A DNA stretch of 60,433 nt, filler included, from Phoronis australis (Eukaryota > Animalia > Phoronida): the NCBI GenBank assembly GCA_002633005.1. It is 4 parts of 4 records of this genome, joined end to end, with 100 filler letters (N's around TTAATTAATTAA, not from the genome) between each part and the next. Parts side by side here need not be neighbours in the genome. Positions count along the whole stretch, not along the records: positions 13,987 to 26,384 come from NMRA01001269.1; positions 26,485 to 35,936 come from NMRA01001821.1; positions 36,037 to 60,433 come from NMRA01000125.1; 1 more part is not named here. One strand, written 5' to 3'. Each line of letters begins with the position of its first letter. The first letter of the stretch is position 1. The translations under genes and the position numbers were made by a program. Below, piece after piece: positions 25,708 through 36,710 of the stretch. The notes under the pieces were generated by a model, which saw only the letters and a program-made list of their open reading frames with translations, was not told where the DNA came from and searched no databases.

Positions 25708-25980
25708 CAATGAATATCGATCTACCTTTTTATTTGTTGACTCACCTCGGCTTTTGTGACTACTTTCTATGTCAGAGCCCGGGGTTGGAGGTTATGACCT
25801 TTTAAGAAATGCCGAGTTATGTTTTTACTTAAAACCAAATGAAAATTTAAACAAAATAGAAATAAAGTAGAAATGTGAATCTGTAAAATAAGTTTTAAGC
25901 AACTAGTCTAGCTTATTATACATCTTATCAAGCTAAGCGTCCACCGTGAACATATCGTCTGCTAAAGAGGTTACCACTGG
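25708..25980 (-). repeat. Dispersed repeat, inverted copy of 2091-2366
   Basis: Collinear reverse-complement similarity to 2091-2366. Confidence 0.7.
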
Positions 25981-26384
25981 TTACCACAAGCACTTGGGTT
26001 AACCTGGTTCCCGGGCCTCACAAGCTGACGTCACGGATGGCTTGTGAAGGCCCAGGTACAGGGCACTAGAACGATGGATTTCATTGGCTGTCAGCTGGCA
26101 ATTTTTAACCAGGAAGTTGGTTCTGCGCATGCTTACATCCGGTAATAGGTGTCGTGAAAGAAAAAGTTATTTTGCGAGTTGCCTTTGCAGCGGTCGGAAC
26201 TCTGGTGAGGTAGCTGTTTATATTGTTATATTATTAACAAACTGTGCAGAAATTCACGTCATTATCGATTCTTTATTATGAAAATAAATCTGAATTAACA
26301 ATGGCTTCACTCTTTTCACTTGGCTTTTTCAGTTTCATTATTTACGCTTTATAGTAGGAAATGAAAACGTCTCTTGCAGGGGCG

Positions 26385-26484
26385 NNNNNNNNNNNNNNNN
26401 NNNNNNNNNNNNNNNNNNNNNNNNNNNNTTAATTAATTAANNNNNNNNNNNNNNNNNNNNNNNNNNNNNNNNNNNNNNNNNNNN
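26385..26484. other. Artificial scaffold linker
   Basis: N44-TTAATTAATTAA-N44. Confidence 0.97.
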
Positions 26485-29400
26485 GTTCCTAGGTTCTCTG
26501 GCCATCCCTTAGTAAAAAGGAACATCAATAAACTTGACTTTCAACGGTAGGGTTTTCGTCAATCGGCGTAAAACCCGCACCACTTTGCCCTACCTCGAAA
26601 AACCGAGAATTTTACGGAGATTCCACCTCTTCAGGTTAAACGTCTATTGCCGGAAAACTAACCGTTGAAAATCGATGGCCATCCGTTCCTAGGTCCTCTG
26701 GCCATTCCTCAGTAAAGAAAAAGGATATTAATTGACTTTCAATGGTTAAGTTTTTGTCAATCGGCGAAGAACCGCGCACGACATTGCCATACCTCGAAAA
26801 ACCGAGAATTTTTCGGAGATTCCGCCTCCTCATTTCAAACGTCTATTGCCGGAAAACTAACAGTTGAAAATCGCTGCCTTTCCGTTCCTAGGTTCTCTGG
26901 CCCTCCTTTAGTAAAGGAACAGAAATAAACTTGACTTTTAACGGCAGGGTTTTCGTCAATCGGCGCAAAATCCGCACGACTTTGCCCTACCTCGAAAAAC
27001 CAAGAATTTTTCGGAGATTCCGCCTCCTCACTTCAGACGTCTTTTGCCGGAAAACTAACCGTTGAAAATCGATGCCCCTCCGTTCCTAGGTCCTCTGGCC
27101 ATTCTTCAGTAAAGCAAAAGGAAAATAATTGACTTTCAACGGTTGAGTTTTCGTCATTCAGCGCAAAATCCCGCACGACTTTGCCCTACCCCGAAAAACC
27201 GAGAATTTTACGGAGACTCCGCCTTTTCACTTCAAACGTCTATTGCCGGAAATCTAACCGTTGAAAATCGATGCCTCTCCGTTCCTAGGTCCTCTGGCCC
27301 TTTCACAGTAAAGGAAAAGAAAAATTAGTGACTTTCAACGTTTAAGTTTTCGTGAATTGGCGAAAAACCGCGCACGACTTTGCCCTACCTCGAAAAACCA
27401 AGAATTTTTCGGAGATTCCGCCTCCTCAGTTCAAACGTCTATTGCCTGAAATCAAACCGTTGAAAATCGATGCCTCTCCGTTCCTAGGTTTTCTGGCCCT
27501 ACCCCAGAAAAGGAAAAGAAAAAAATGACTTTCAACGGTTGAGTTTTTGTCAATCAGCGCAAAACCTCGCCCGACTTTGCCCTATCCCGAAAAACCCAGT
27601 ATTTTACGTAGATTCCGCGTCTTCAATTCAAACGTCTTTTGCCGGAAACTTAACCATTGAAAATCGCTGCCCCTCCGTTCCTAGCTTGTGTGGCCATTCC
27701 TCAGTAATGGAATATCAAAATACTTGACTTTCAACGGTGAAGTTTTCTTCAATTGGCGAAAAACCACACACAACTTTGCCCTACCTCGAAAAACCGAGAA
27801 TTTTTCGGAGATTCCGCCTCCTCACTTCAAACGTCTATTGCCGGAAAACTAACCGTTGAAAATCGCTGCCTTTCCGTTCCTAGGTTCTCTGGCCATCCCT
27901 TAGTAAAAGGGAAGATCAATAAACTTGACTTTCAACGGTAGGGTTTTCGTCAATCGGCGTAAAACCCGCACCACTTTGCCCTACCTCCAAAAACCGAGAA
28001 TTTTACGGAGATTCCACCTCTTCATGTTAAACGTCTATTGCCGGAAAACTAACCGTTGAAAATCGATGCCCATCCGTCCCTAATAAATTCAAGAGTCTAT
28101 TGCCTCAAAAGTAACAGTTGAAAATCGATGCCCCTGCGTTCCTAGGTTATCTGGCCCTCCCTTAGTAAAGAAAAAGAAATAAACTTGACTTTCAACGGTT
28201 GGGTTTTCGTCAATCGGTGCAAAACCCGCACGACTTTGCCCTACCTCGAAAAACAAGGAATTTTACGAAGATTCCGCCTCCTCATTTCAAACGTCTTTTG
28301 CCGGAAAACTAACCGTTGAAGATCGATGCCCCTCCGTTCCTAGGTTCTCTGGCGCTCCCCCAGTAAAGGAAAATAAAAAAAAATTGTCTTTCAACTGTTA
28401 AGTTTTCGTGAATCGGCGAAAAACCGCGCACAACTTTGCCCTACCCCGATATACCGAGAATTTTTCGGAGATTCCGCCTCCTAAATTCAAGAGTCTATTG
28501 CCTGAAAACTAACCGTTGGAAATTGATGCCCACCGTTCCTACATGTAGCTTCTCTGGCCCTCCCCCCGAAAGAAAAAGAAAAAAATTGACTTTCAACGGT
28601 TGGGTTTTCGTCAATCAGCGCAAAACCCCGCACGACTTTGCCCTACCAAGAAAAATCGAGAATTTTACGGAGATTCCTCCTCTTCAGTTCAAACGTCTAT
28701 TGCCGGAAAATTAACAGTTGAAAATCGATGCCCCTCCGTTCCTAAGTTCTCTGGCCCTCCCTTAGTGAAGAAAAAGAAATAAACTTGACTTTCGACTGTT
28801 AAGTTGTCGTGAATCGGCGAAAAACCGCGCACAACTTTGCCCTACCCCGAAAAACCGAGAATTTTTCGGAGATTCCGCCTCCTAAATTCAAGAGTCTATT
28901 CCCTCAAAAGTAACCGTTGAAAATCGATGCCCCTCCTCTCCTAGGTCCTCTGGCCTTCCTTAGTAAAGTAAAATAAAAATAATTGACTTTCAACAGTTAA
29001 GTTTTCGTCAATCAGCGCGAAACCCCGCACGACTTTGCCCTACCAAGAAAAATCGAGAATTTTACGGAGATTCCTCCTCTTCAGTTCAAACGTCTATTGC
29101 CGGAAAATTAACAGTTGAAAATCGATGCCCCTCCGTTCCTAAGTTCTCTGGCCCTCCCTTAGTGAAGAAAAAGAAATAAACTTGACTTTCGACTGTTAAG
29201 TTGTCGTGAATCGGCGAAAAACCGCGCACAACTTTGCCCTACCCCGAAAAACCGAGAATTTTTCGGAGATTCCGCCTCCTAAATTCAAGAGTCTATTCCC
29301 TCAAAAGTAACCGTTGAAAATCGATGCCCCTCCTCTCCTAGGTCCTCTGGCCTTCCTTAGTAAAGTAAAATAAAAATAATTGACTTTCAACAGTTAAGTT

Positions 29401-32400
29401 TTCGTCAATCAGCGCGAAACCCCGCACGACTTTGCCCTACCAAGAAAAATCGAGAATTTTACGGAGATTCCTCCTCTTCAGTTCAAACGTCTATTGCCGG
29501 AAAATTAACAGTTGAAAATCGATGCCCCTCCGTTCCTAAGTTCTCTGGCCCTCCCTTAGTGAAGAAAAAGAAATAAACTTGACTTTCGACTGTTAAGTTG
29601 TCGTGAATCGGCGAAAAACCGCGCACAACTTTGCCCTACCCCGAAAAACCGAGAATTTTTCGGAGATTCCGCCTCCTAAATTCAAGAGTCTATTCCCTCA
29701 AAAGTAACCGTTGAAAATCGATGCCCCTCCTCTCCTAGGTCCTCTGGCCTTCCTTAGTAAAGTAAAATAAAAATAATTGACTTTCAACAGTTAAGTTTTC
29801 GTCAATCAGCGCGAAACCCCGCACGACTTTGCCCTACCAAGAAAAATCGAGAATTTTACGGAGATTCCTCCTCTTCAGTTCAAACGTCTATTGCCGGAAA
29901 ATTAACAGTTGAAAATCGATGCCCCTCCGTTCCTAAGTTCTCTGGCCCTCCCTTAGTGAAGAAAAAGAAATAAACTTGACTTTCGACTGTTAAGTTGTCG
30001 TGAATCGGCGAAAAACCGCGCACAACTTTGCCCTACCCCGAAAAACCGAGAATTTTTCGGAGATTCCGCCTCCTAAATTCAAGAGTCTATTCCCTCAAAA
30101 GTAACCGTTGAAAATCGATGCCCCTCCTCTCCTAGGTCCTCTGGCCTTCCTTAGTAAAGTAAAATAAAAATAATTGACTTTCAACAGTTAAGTTTTCGTC
30201 AATCAGCGCGAAACCCCGCACGACTTTGCCCTACCAAGAAAAATCGAGAATTTTACGGAGATTCCTCCTCTTCAGTTCAAACGTCTATTGCCGGAAAATT
30301 AACAGTTGAAAATCGATGCCCCTCCGTTCCTAAGTTCTCTGGCCCTCCCTTAGTGAAGAAAAAGAAATAAACTTGACTTTCGNGGGTTTTCGTCAATCGG
30401 CGATAAACACGCACGACTTTGCCCTACCTCGAAAAACAGAGAATTTTACGGAGATTCCGCCTAATCATTTCAAACGTCTATTGCCGGAAAATTAACAGTT
30501 GAAAATCAATGCCCCTCCGTTCCTAGGTCCTCTTGCTCTTCTTCAGTAGAGTAAAAGAAAAGTAATTGACTTTCAACGGTTAAGTTTTCGTAAATTGGCA
30601 AAAAACCCCGCACGACTTTGCCCTACCAAGAAAAATTGAGAATTTTACGGAGATTCCGCCTCTTCAAATCATACGTCTATTGCCGGAAAACTGACAGTTG
30701 AAAATCGATGCCCCTCCGTTTTTAGGTTTTCTGACACTTCTTTAGTAGAGGAAAAGAAAAATATTTGAAATTGACTTTCAACCGTTACGTTTTCGTCAAT
30801 CAGCGCAAAACCCGGCACGACTTTGCCTTACAGCGTAAAACCGAGAAGTTTACAGAGATTCCGTCTCTTCAATTCAAACGTCTATTGCTGGAAAATTAAA
30901 CGTTGAAAATCGATGCCCCTCCGTTCCTAGGTTCTCTGGCCCTCCCTTAGTAAAGGAAAAGAAATAAACTTGACTTTCAACGTTTGGGTTTTCGTCAATC
31001 GGCGCAAAACCCGCACGACTTTGCCCTACCTCGAATAATCGAGAATTTTACGGAGATTCCGCCTCCTCACTTCAAACGTCTATTGCCGGAAAACTAACCG
31101 TTGAAAATCGATGCCCCTCCGATGCTAGGTTCTCTGGCGCTCCCCCAGTAAAGGAAAAGAAAAAAATTGTCTTTAAAACGGTTAACTTTTCGTCAATCGG
31201 CGAAAAACCGCGCACGACTTTGCCCTACCTCAAAAATTGAGAACTTTTCGGAGATTCCGCCTCCACAATTCAAACGTCTATTGCCGGAAAACTAACCGTT
31301 GAAAATTGATGCCCCTCCGTTCCTAGGTTCTCTGGCCCTCCCCTAGTAAAGGAAATGAAAAGTATTTGACTTTCAACAGTTAACTTTTCATAAATTGGCA
31401 AAAAACCGCGCACGAATTTGCCCTACCCCGAAAAACCGAGAATATTTCGGAGATTCCGCCTACCGGTTAACTAACCGTTGAAAATCGATGCCCCTCCGTT
31501 CCTAGGTGCTCTGGCCCTCCCCTAGTAAAGGAAAAGAAAAAACATTGACTTTTAAGGGTAGGGTTTTCGTCAGTTGGCGCGAAACCACGCACGACTTGGA
31601 ACTAACCCGAAAAACCGAGAATCTTACAGAGATTCCGCCTCCTCATTTCAAACGTCTATTGCTGGAAAACTTACCATTAAAAAGCAATGCCCCCCGTTCC
31701 TGGGTCCTCTGGACCTCTCTCAGTAGAGAAACAGAAACATATTTGACTTAAAGCGGTTGGGTTTTCGCTAATCGGCATAAAAATCCGCACGACTTTGCCC
31801 TACCCCGTAAAAACGAGTATTTTGCGGAGATTCCGCCTCCTCACTTCAAACTTCTATGTTTGGAAAACTAACCGTTGAAAATCGATGCCCCTCCGTTCCT
31901 AGGTCCTCTGGCCCTGCCTCAGAAGTGGAAAAGCAAAAAATCGACTTTCAACGGTTAGTGTTTTGTCAATCGGCGCAAAACCCCGCACGACTTTTCCCTA
32001 CCCCGAAAAACCCTGAATTTTACCGAGATTCCGACTCCTCATTTCAAACGTCTATTGCTCGAAAACTAACGATTAAAAAGCAATGCCCCTCCGATCCTAG
32101 GTCCTCAGGCCCTCCCTGAGTAGAGGAAAAGAACACATTTTGACTTAAAACGGTTGGGTTTTCGTCAATGTGCGCAAAACCCCGCACAACTTTGCCCTAC
32201 CCTGAAAAACCGAGAATTTTACGGAGATTCCGCCTCTTCAATTCTAACGTTTATTGCCGGAAAACTAAGTGTTGAAAATCGATTCCCCTCCGTTCCTATT
32301 GTAAGTCCTACGGCCCTCTCTTAGTAGAGGGGACGAGAAAATGTCGCATTTCAACGGTTGGATTTTCGTAAGTCAACGCAGAACCCTGCACGTCTTTCCC

Positions 32401-33127
32401 ATATCCCGAAAAACCGAGAATTTTTCGGAGATTCCGCCTCCTCAATTCAAACGTCTATGACCGGAAAACTAATAGTTCAAAATCAGTGCCCCTGCGTTCC
32501 TAGGTCCTCTGGCCCTCCCTCAATAGAGGAAATGAAAACAAAACCGACTTTCCAAGGTTGGGTTTTTGTCAATCGGCGCAGAACCCCGCACGACCTTGCT
32601 CTACCCCGAAAAACAGAGAATCTCACGGAGTGTGAGTGTTGGCAAGTCAGGAGGAGTTAATACCGTTTAAGAGTGCTTTATTGACAGACGTGAAACATTT
32701 CTAATTGACATTCTCACATTTCTTCACTGTTTCAGTTCTAAACATAAAAACGAAATGCATGCAAACCTCACAAATACAGACAAAATGCAAATTCGGAAAT
32801 ACCAAATACGAAAATACCATGGAAAATACCTCTGAGTATACTGCCGCTCCCTGGCTCTCCTCAGTGACGACGGATATGCACTGCCACAATGTGAGTCAAT
32901 CGAGTCAGCACACAACAGTTCATTTTCAAATGAGGGTCAGGTCAAGTGCAAATTACATTCACTCCATTCAATCATGAATATACACATGGCCATAAGCCAC
33001 CCGGAGTAAACAAACGTGAAGTATCTTACATGGAGATTCCGCCTCTTCACTTCAAACGTGTTTTTCCGGAAAAGTAACTGCTGGAAATCGATGCCCCTCC
33101 GTTCCTAGGTCCTCTGGCCCTCTCTCA
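26485..33127. repeat. Satellite DNA array, ~199-bp monomer, about 31 copies
   Basis: gttcctagg anchors at 26485, 26685, 26884, 27082, 27281, 27480 and onward. Conserved blocks gactttgccctacc, cggagattccgcc and gttgaaaatcgatgcc. Confidence 0.98.
32631..33030 (-). mobile_element. Solo LTR (400 bp) inserted into the last satellite monomer
   Basis: TGTGAG...CTTACA termini, TSD CGGAG/TGGAG. The satellite motif cggag|attccgcc is split exactly by the insert. Minus-strand AATAAA near 32677. Confidence 0.8.
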
Positions 33128-33134
33128 ATTGATG

Positions 33135-33297
33135 ATTAGGGTAATGGTTAGGGTTAGGGTTAGGGTTAGGGTTAGGGTTCGGGTTCGGTTTAGGGTTAGG
33201 TTTAGGGTTGGGGTTGGGATTGGGGTTGGGGTTGGGGTTGGGGTTGGGGTTGGGGTTGGGGCTGGAGCTGGGGCTGGGGTTGGGGTTGGGGTTAGGG
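33135..33297 (+). repeat. Interstitial telomere-like hexamer tract (TTAGGG grading to TTGGGG/CTGGGG)
   Basis: About 27 hexamers read directly; G-quadruplex-capable. Confidence 0.95.
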
Positions 33298-34929
33298 CAA
33301 GGAGTGTACGAGTATAGGAGTGTTCACTCCGCCATTTTACCATTCGTCGCAATGGTTACTGGTCGAAATACTAGCGCTCCAAGCGGTGAATAATCAACAC
33401 TTAGTTTGGCGCGCAGTCCGAACAATGTAAACGCTCATAAATTCATACTTTGATGACATTCAACGCGCAATAAAATTACTGTGTGATTGAAAATGGTTAG
33501 AATACATAAACTAACATCCACTTACAATAGAATGAGAAAGAAAATGTGTATTTTAATCAATATTAAAGTGTATTTTTTATATTCTCCTGAAGCTCCCTTC
33601 AAAATTCATCATGGTTTTGTTTCATGTTTGAGTTCTTAACACGGCAATTATCGTTCCTTATAACAGTTCATAACTCTATGGACTACATAATTTGAATGAT
33701 TGCACTTGGGGGTTCAGAGGGGAATTCCCCCCAGGTGCCAGCTAAGGGGGTAGCAGGCAAAAACCGGCAGGTGGGCGCAAAATGGGTGTTGACCCCTCCC
33801 AGGGGGGTTACATGGGAGGAGTGCTAAACAGGTAAAAACCAATGGGTATGTATGCCACATGGGTGTTGAGCTCCTCCCATCGTCACACATTTTGGTTGCT
33901 CCCCTGACCATTGACAAGCACGTTGCTCCCAGCTCAAAGCTGGTTTCATCTCCACCCAACAATTTCGCATGTGTTACCTATTCAATGCATGAGGCTACTG
34001 GCAATGCAGACAATTGTTTTGTGCAGTGGGTGTTACACAAGTGAGAACAAGAAAGCAAGGCAATTCATCACTACCACAAAATCGTAATACAATTTTAGAA
34101 CATTCCATTGTTTCTTAGACACGCCAGTATAGGGCTCAATCCCACTCTCCCACTCACCAACAGTTACAAGTCACTTGCTAATCTGTAGAATAGCTCACAA
34201 CAAACAAAATGAAGTAACATTGAGTATAGCATCACTCATATCTAGTCAAAGTTCAAAATATCATGATAAAAAATTAAGGAGGTACTAAATAACAATCAAA
34301 ATATCCACTACCCCCATAACTTCATACAAAATTGAATTAAAAAGACTTGGATGATAAAACCAAAATTTTATTTTATATACCCACTGTTCCTGATAGTAAA
34401 TATTTCAGGTAAGTTAAAGCCAGACCACAAGATCATATCTGATACCTAGCCACAATTGGGGCTTAAATTAATTACAATCTCCAAAAACGTACAAAACAGG
34501 CAACACATACACCTACCAATACAACAAGAAAATCTGACCAACCTTGTCACTCTCTATTAATTCACTAGCAAACAACAGCACTTTTCGCCAAAGAAATGCA
34601 TTATAAATAAAGCTGAAAACTAATTTACTCACAGAGGTGTTTGCCATCGAGAAGCAAAATGTTACGGATAGCTTGGGTTTAACAAAATTTCAGCCGGGCT
34701 CTGAATGATCCATCAGTTTCACTTTGGCTCCCTCCAAATCACAGGCTAACCATTCATAAAATGTTTCAATCTGATCAGCCTTAGTAAAATACGAAAACCA
34801 GATATTGCGGACTAATTGTCCTTTCTACACGTGATGTTCCAGTACTTGCTTTGTGAGACGATAATCAGAAATGCAAAAAAAGCCTATTCCAGAGCTGTAA
34901 TATAATTTCCGGAAAAATTTTTGACCCGG

Positions 34930-35902
34930 ACATCTTCATTTTTGGTGGATTCGGGATATCAAATATTGTTCAGGCACTGCAGTCAATACCAGCTTGTTCT
35001 TCATTCATGAACATGGACTCCTCGAAGTGATGAGAGCATAACTTGCGGTTCTTGGAAAAATAGGTTGCATCTCTATTCATGAGGTCAGCTCCCAGCGCTT
35101 GAACCTGAACAGAAATCAATGACTGGGAGACTCAGGAACAAACCTCATACTCACTAAGTTCACAGAAGACTGGTAGCCTACACTAAAATACATGTACACT
35201 ACACTACAGAATTCCTGTCGTACTGTGATTGTGATAGATACAAAAGCGTTTTGGTGTCAACTGAAAAAAACTCGGACACAAATATTGACCAACGGATATT
35301 TTAACAGGACCGCGCCTCTGCATCATTGACACATAGAATTAAGTTTTCAATGACGCACTGCTTAACTTAATTGGTCCAACTGGCACATTAAAATTATGTT
35401 CGGATTTTTCACCTTTTCACCGAGACCCATAGATTCGCTAATTTGACTCATGACAGACTTATGGCCCTGTGGCTGCGATTGTGCCATGGCTGTGCTACCG
35501 GTCATATTAGTCAATGAACTCATGGTCATGGGCATGGGTATGTTTTCCTAAAATTGTCCCTGCGATCATACGGGTGACATTTTGATTTGGAATTGATGGA
35601 CTGCAAGTATCCAAAAAGCTGACGATCACATCATACGTTCATCATAGTCCTTCCGCCTGCAGCCCGGTTGTACAGTAGGCCTAGCCCACACTGCAGACAA
35701 CAGAACGGTGGCAACGGGAGTGAGATCGACTTGTCTAACAACCGTGAACAGAACACAAAATGAACGACAATGTATCATTTTATTGAATAACAGATAATCC
35801 TTACCTTTCTGGATCCTTAGGACACCTAAAAAATGATACGTCTGAGGTTTTCGTGGATGAATTCATGAAATTTATTGCACTGCAAAATTTGTCCTTCCCC
35901 AT
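34930..35902 (-). pseudogene. Spliced THAP-domain (C2CH zinc finger) pseudogene / transposase relic: exon 1 35902..35805, exon 2 from 35104
   Basis: Exon 1 MGKDKFCSAINFMNSSTKTSDVSFFRCPKDPER (AG|gtaagg). Exon 2 FKRW/ADLMNRDATYFSKNRKLCSHHFEESMFMN/KNKLVLTAVP/TIFDIPNPPK. THAP motifs (FP.D, W, LC..HF, AVPTIF) are present, with the second Cys mutated and three frameshifts. Confidence 0.85.
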
Positions 35903-35936
35903 TGTTTTGGCGCTTACTGGTTGACAGTTGCTTGTT

Positions 35937-36036
35937 NNNNNNNNNNNNNNNNNNNNNNNNNNNNNNNNNNNNNNNNNNNNTTAATTAATTAANNNNNNNN
36001 NNNNNNNNNNNNNNNNNNNNNNNNNNNNNNNNNNNN
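35937..36036. other. Artificial scaffold linker
   Basis: N44-TTAATTAATTAA-N44. Confidence 0.97.
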
Positions 36037-36638
36037 TATTTGTCACCAGGAAGACTCTTTTTTCACAACGCAGCCCGATATTTCAAGTGAGATAGCGCAG
36101 TTTTGAAAAGATTCCGTCACTTGCCGAGAACGGTTTTTGAGCATCGGCAATGCAAGCCGAATATTTCATATTGAGAAAGCGCATCTTTGAAAAGAAGAAC
36201 CAACACTTGTCGGGAACGGTCTTGTGCGTCGACAGCGCACATTTCTTATTGGGAAAGCCAGATTTTCAAAAATTAATCGCGCAGACCATTTGAGTCTCAT
36301 TTACCTGCAATTGTACTGCTATCAAATGAACGAGCCAGCAATGTTGATATTACGACCGCTCATCGAAATAATGTACACTCACGAAATTCGGACACTAGCG
36401 GAAACCCAAATTTGGAGGTCCGCCAAATTCGGACACCACAGAAATGATGTTTCGCGAGATTCGTCCAAGAATGAATTTTTTCTATTGGAATTAATTTTCA
36501 GTGTCCGAAAATCACGCGACTTTACCGTATTATGGACAAAACAGCATAACGCAACAATGAACATGCCTTCAAAAGTGTTATCATGAATGCTTTCCAAGTT
36601 CACTAGCGAGGTGCGGGAAAGAAGAATTCAGTACATAC

Positions 36639-36710
36639 CCTGAGTCCTCTTCACCCGAGCTTGGCACCTTGCCAAATTTGAAACAGGAAATCTCAGGGCA
36701 AACACATGAC
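36639..36710 (-). CDS. ANAPC4: ANAPC4 exon 20 (last seen)
   Basis: ccacag|G TCA TGT...TCA GG|gtatgt; SCVCPEISCFKFGKVPSSGEEDS, with a KFG motif where APC4 has one. Confidence 0.7.

Noticed and set aside
26110-26210. NRF1/ETS-like motifs and a donor suggesting a first exon
   Set aside because: Short motifs at the end of a piece, with no downstream sequence to support a gene.
26636-32660. Multiple similar ORFs in the satellite
   Set aside because: Chance open frames in a tandem repeat, broken by variable indels and stops.
26485-33127. CRISPR-like array or CENP-B box
   Set aside because: Monomers are wholly repeated with no unique spacers, in a eukaryotic context. The ttcgtcaatcggcg motif does not fit the TTCG-n4-A-n2-CGGG spacing.
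33125-33393. PT-, VR/VG- and GL-repeat ORFs
   Set aside because: Trivial translations of the hexamer tract, with no gene context.
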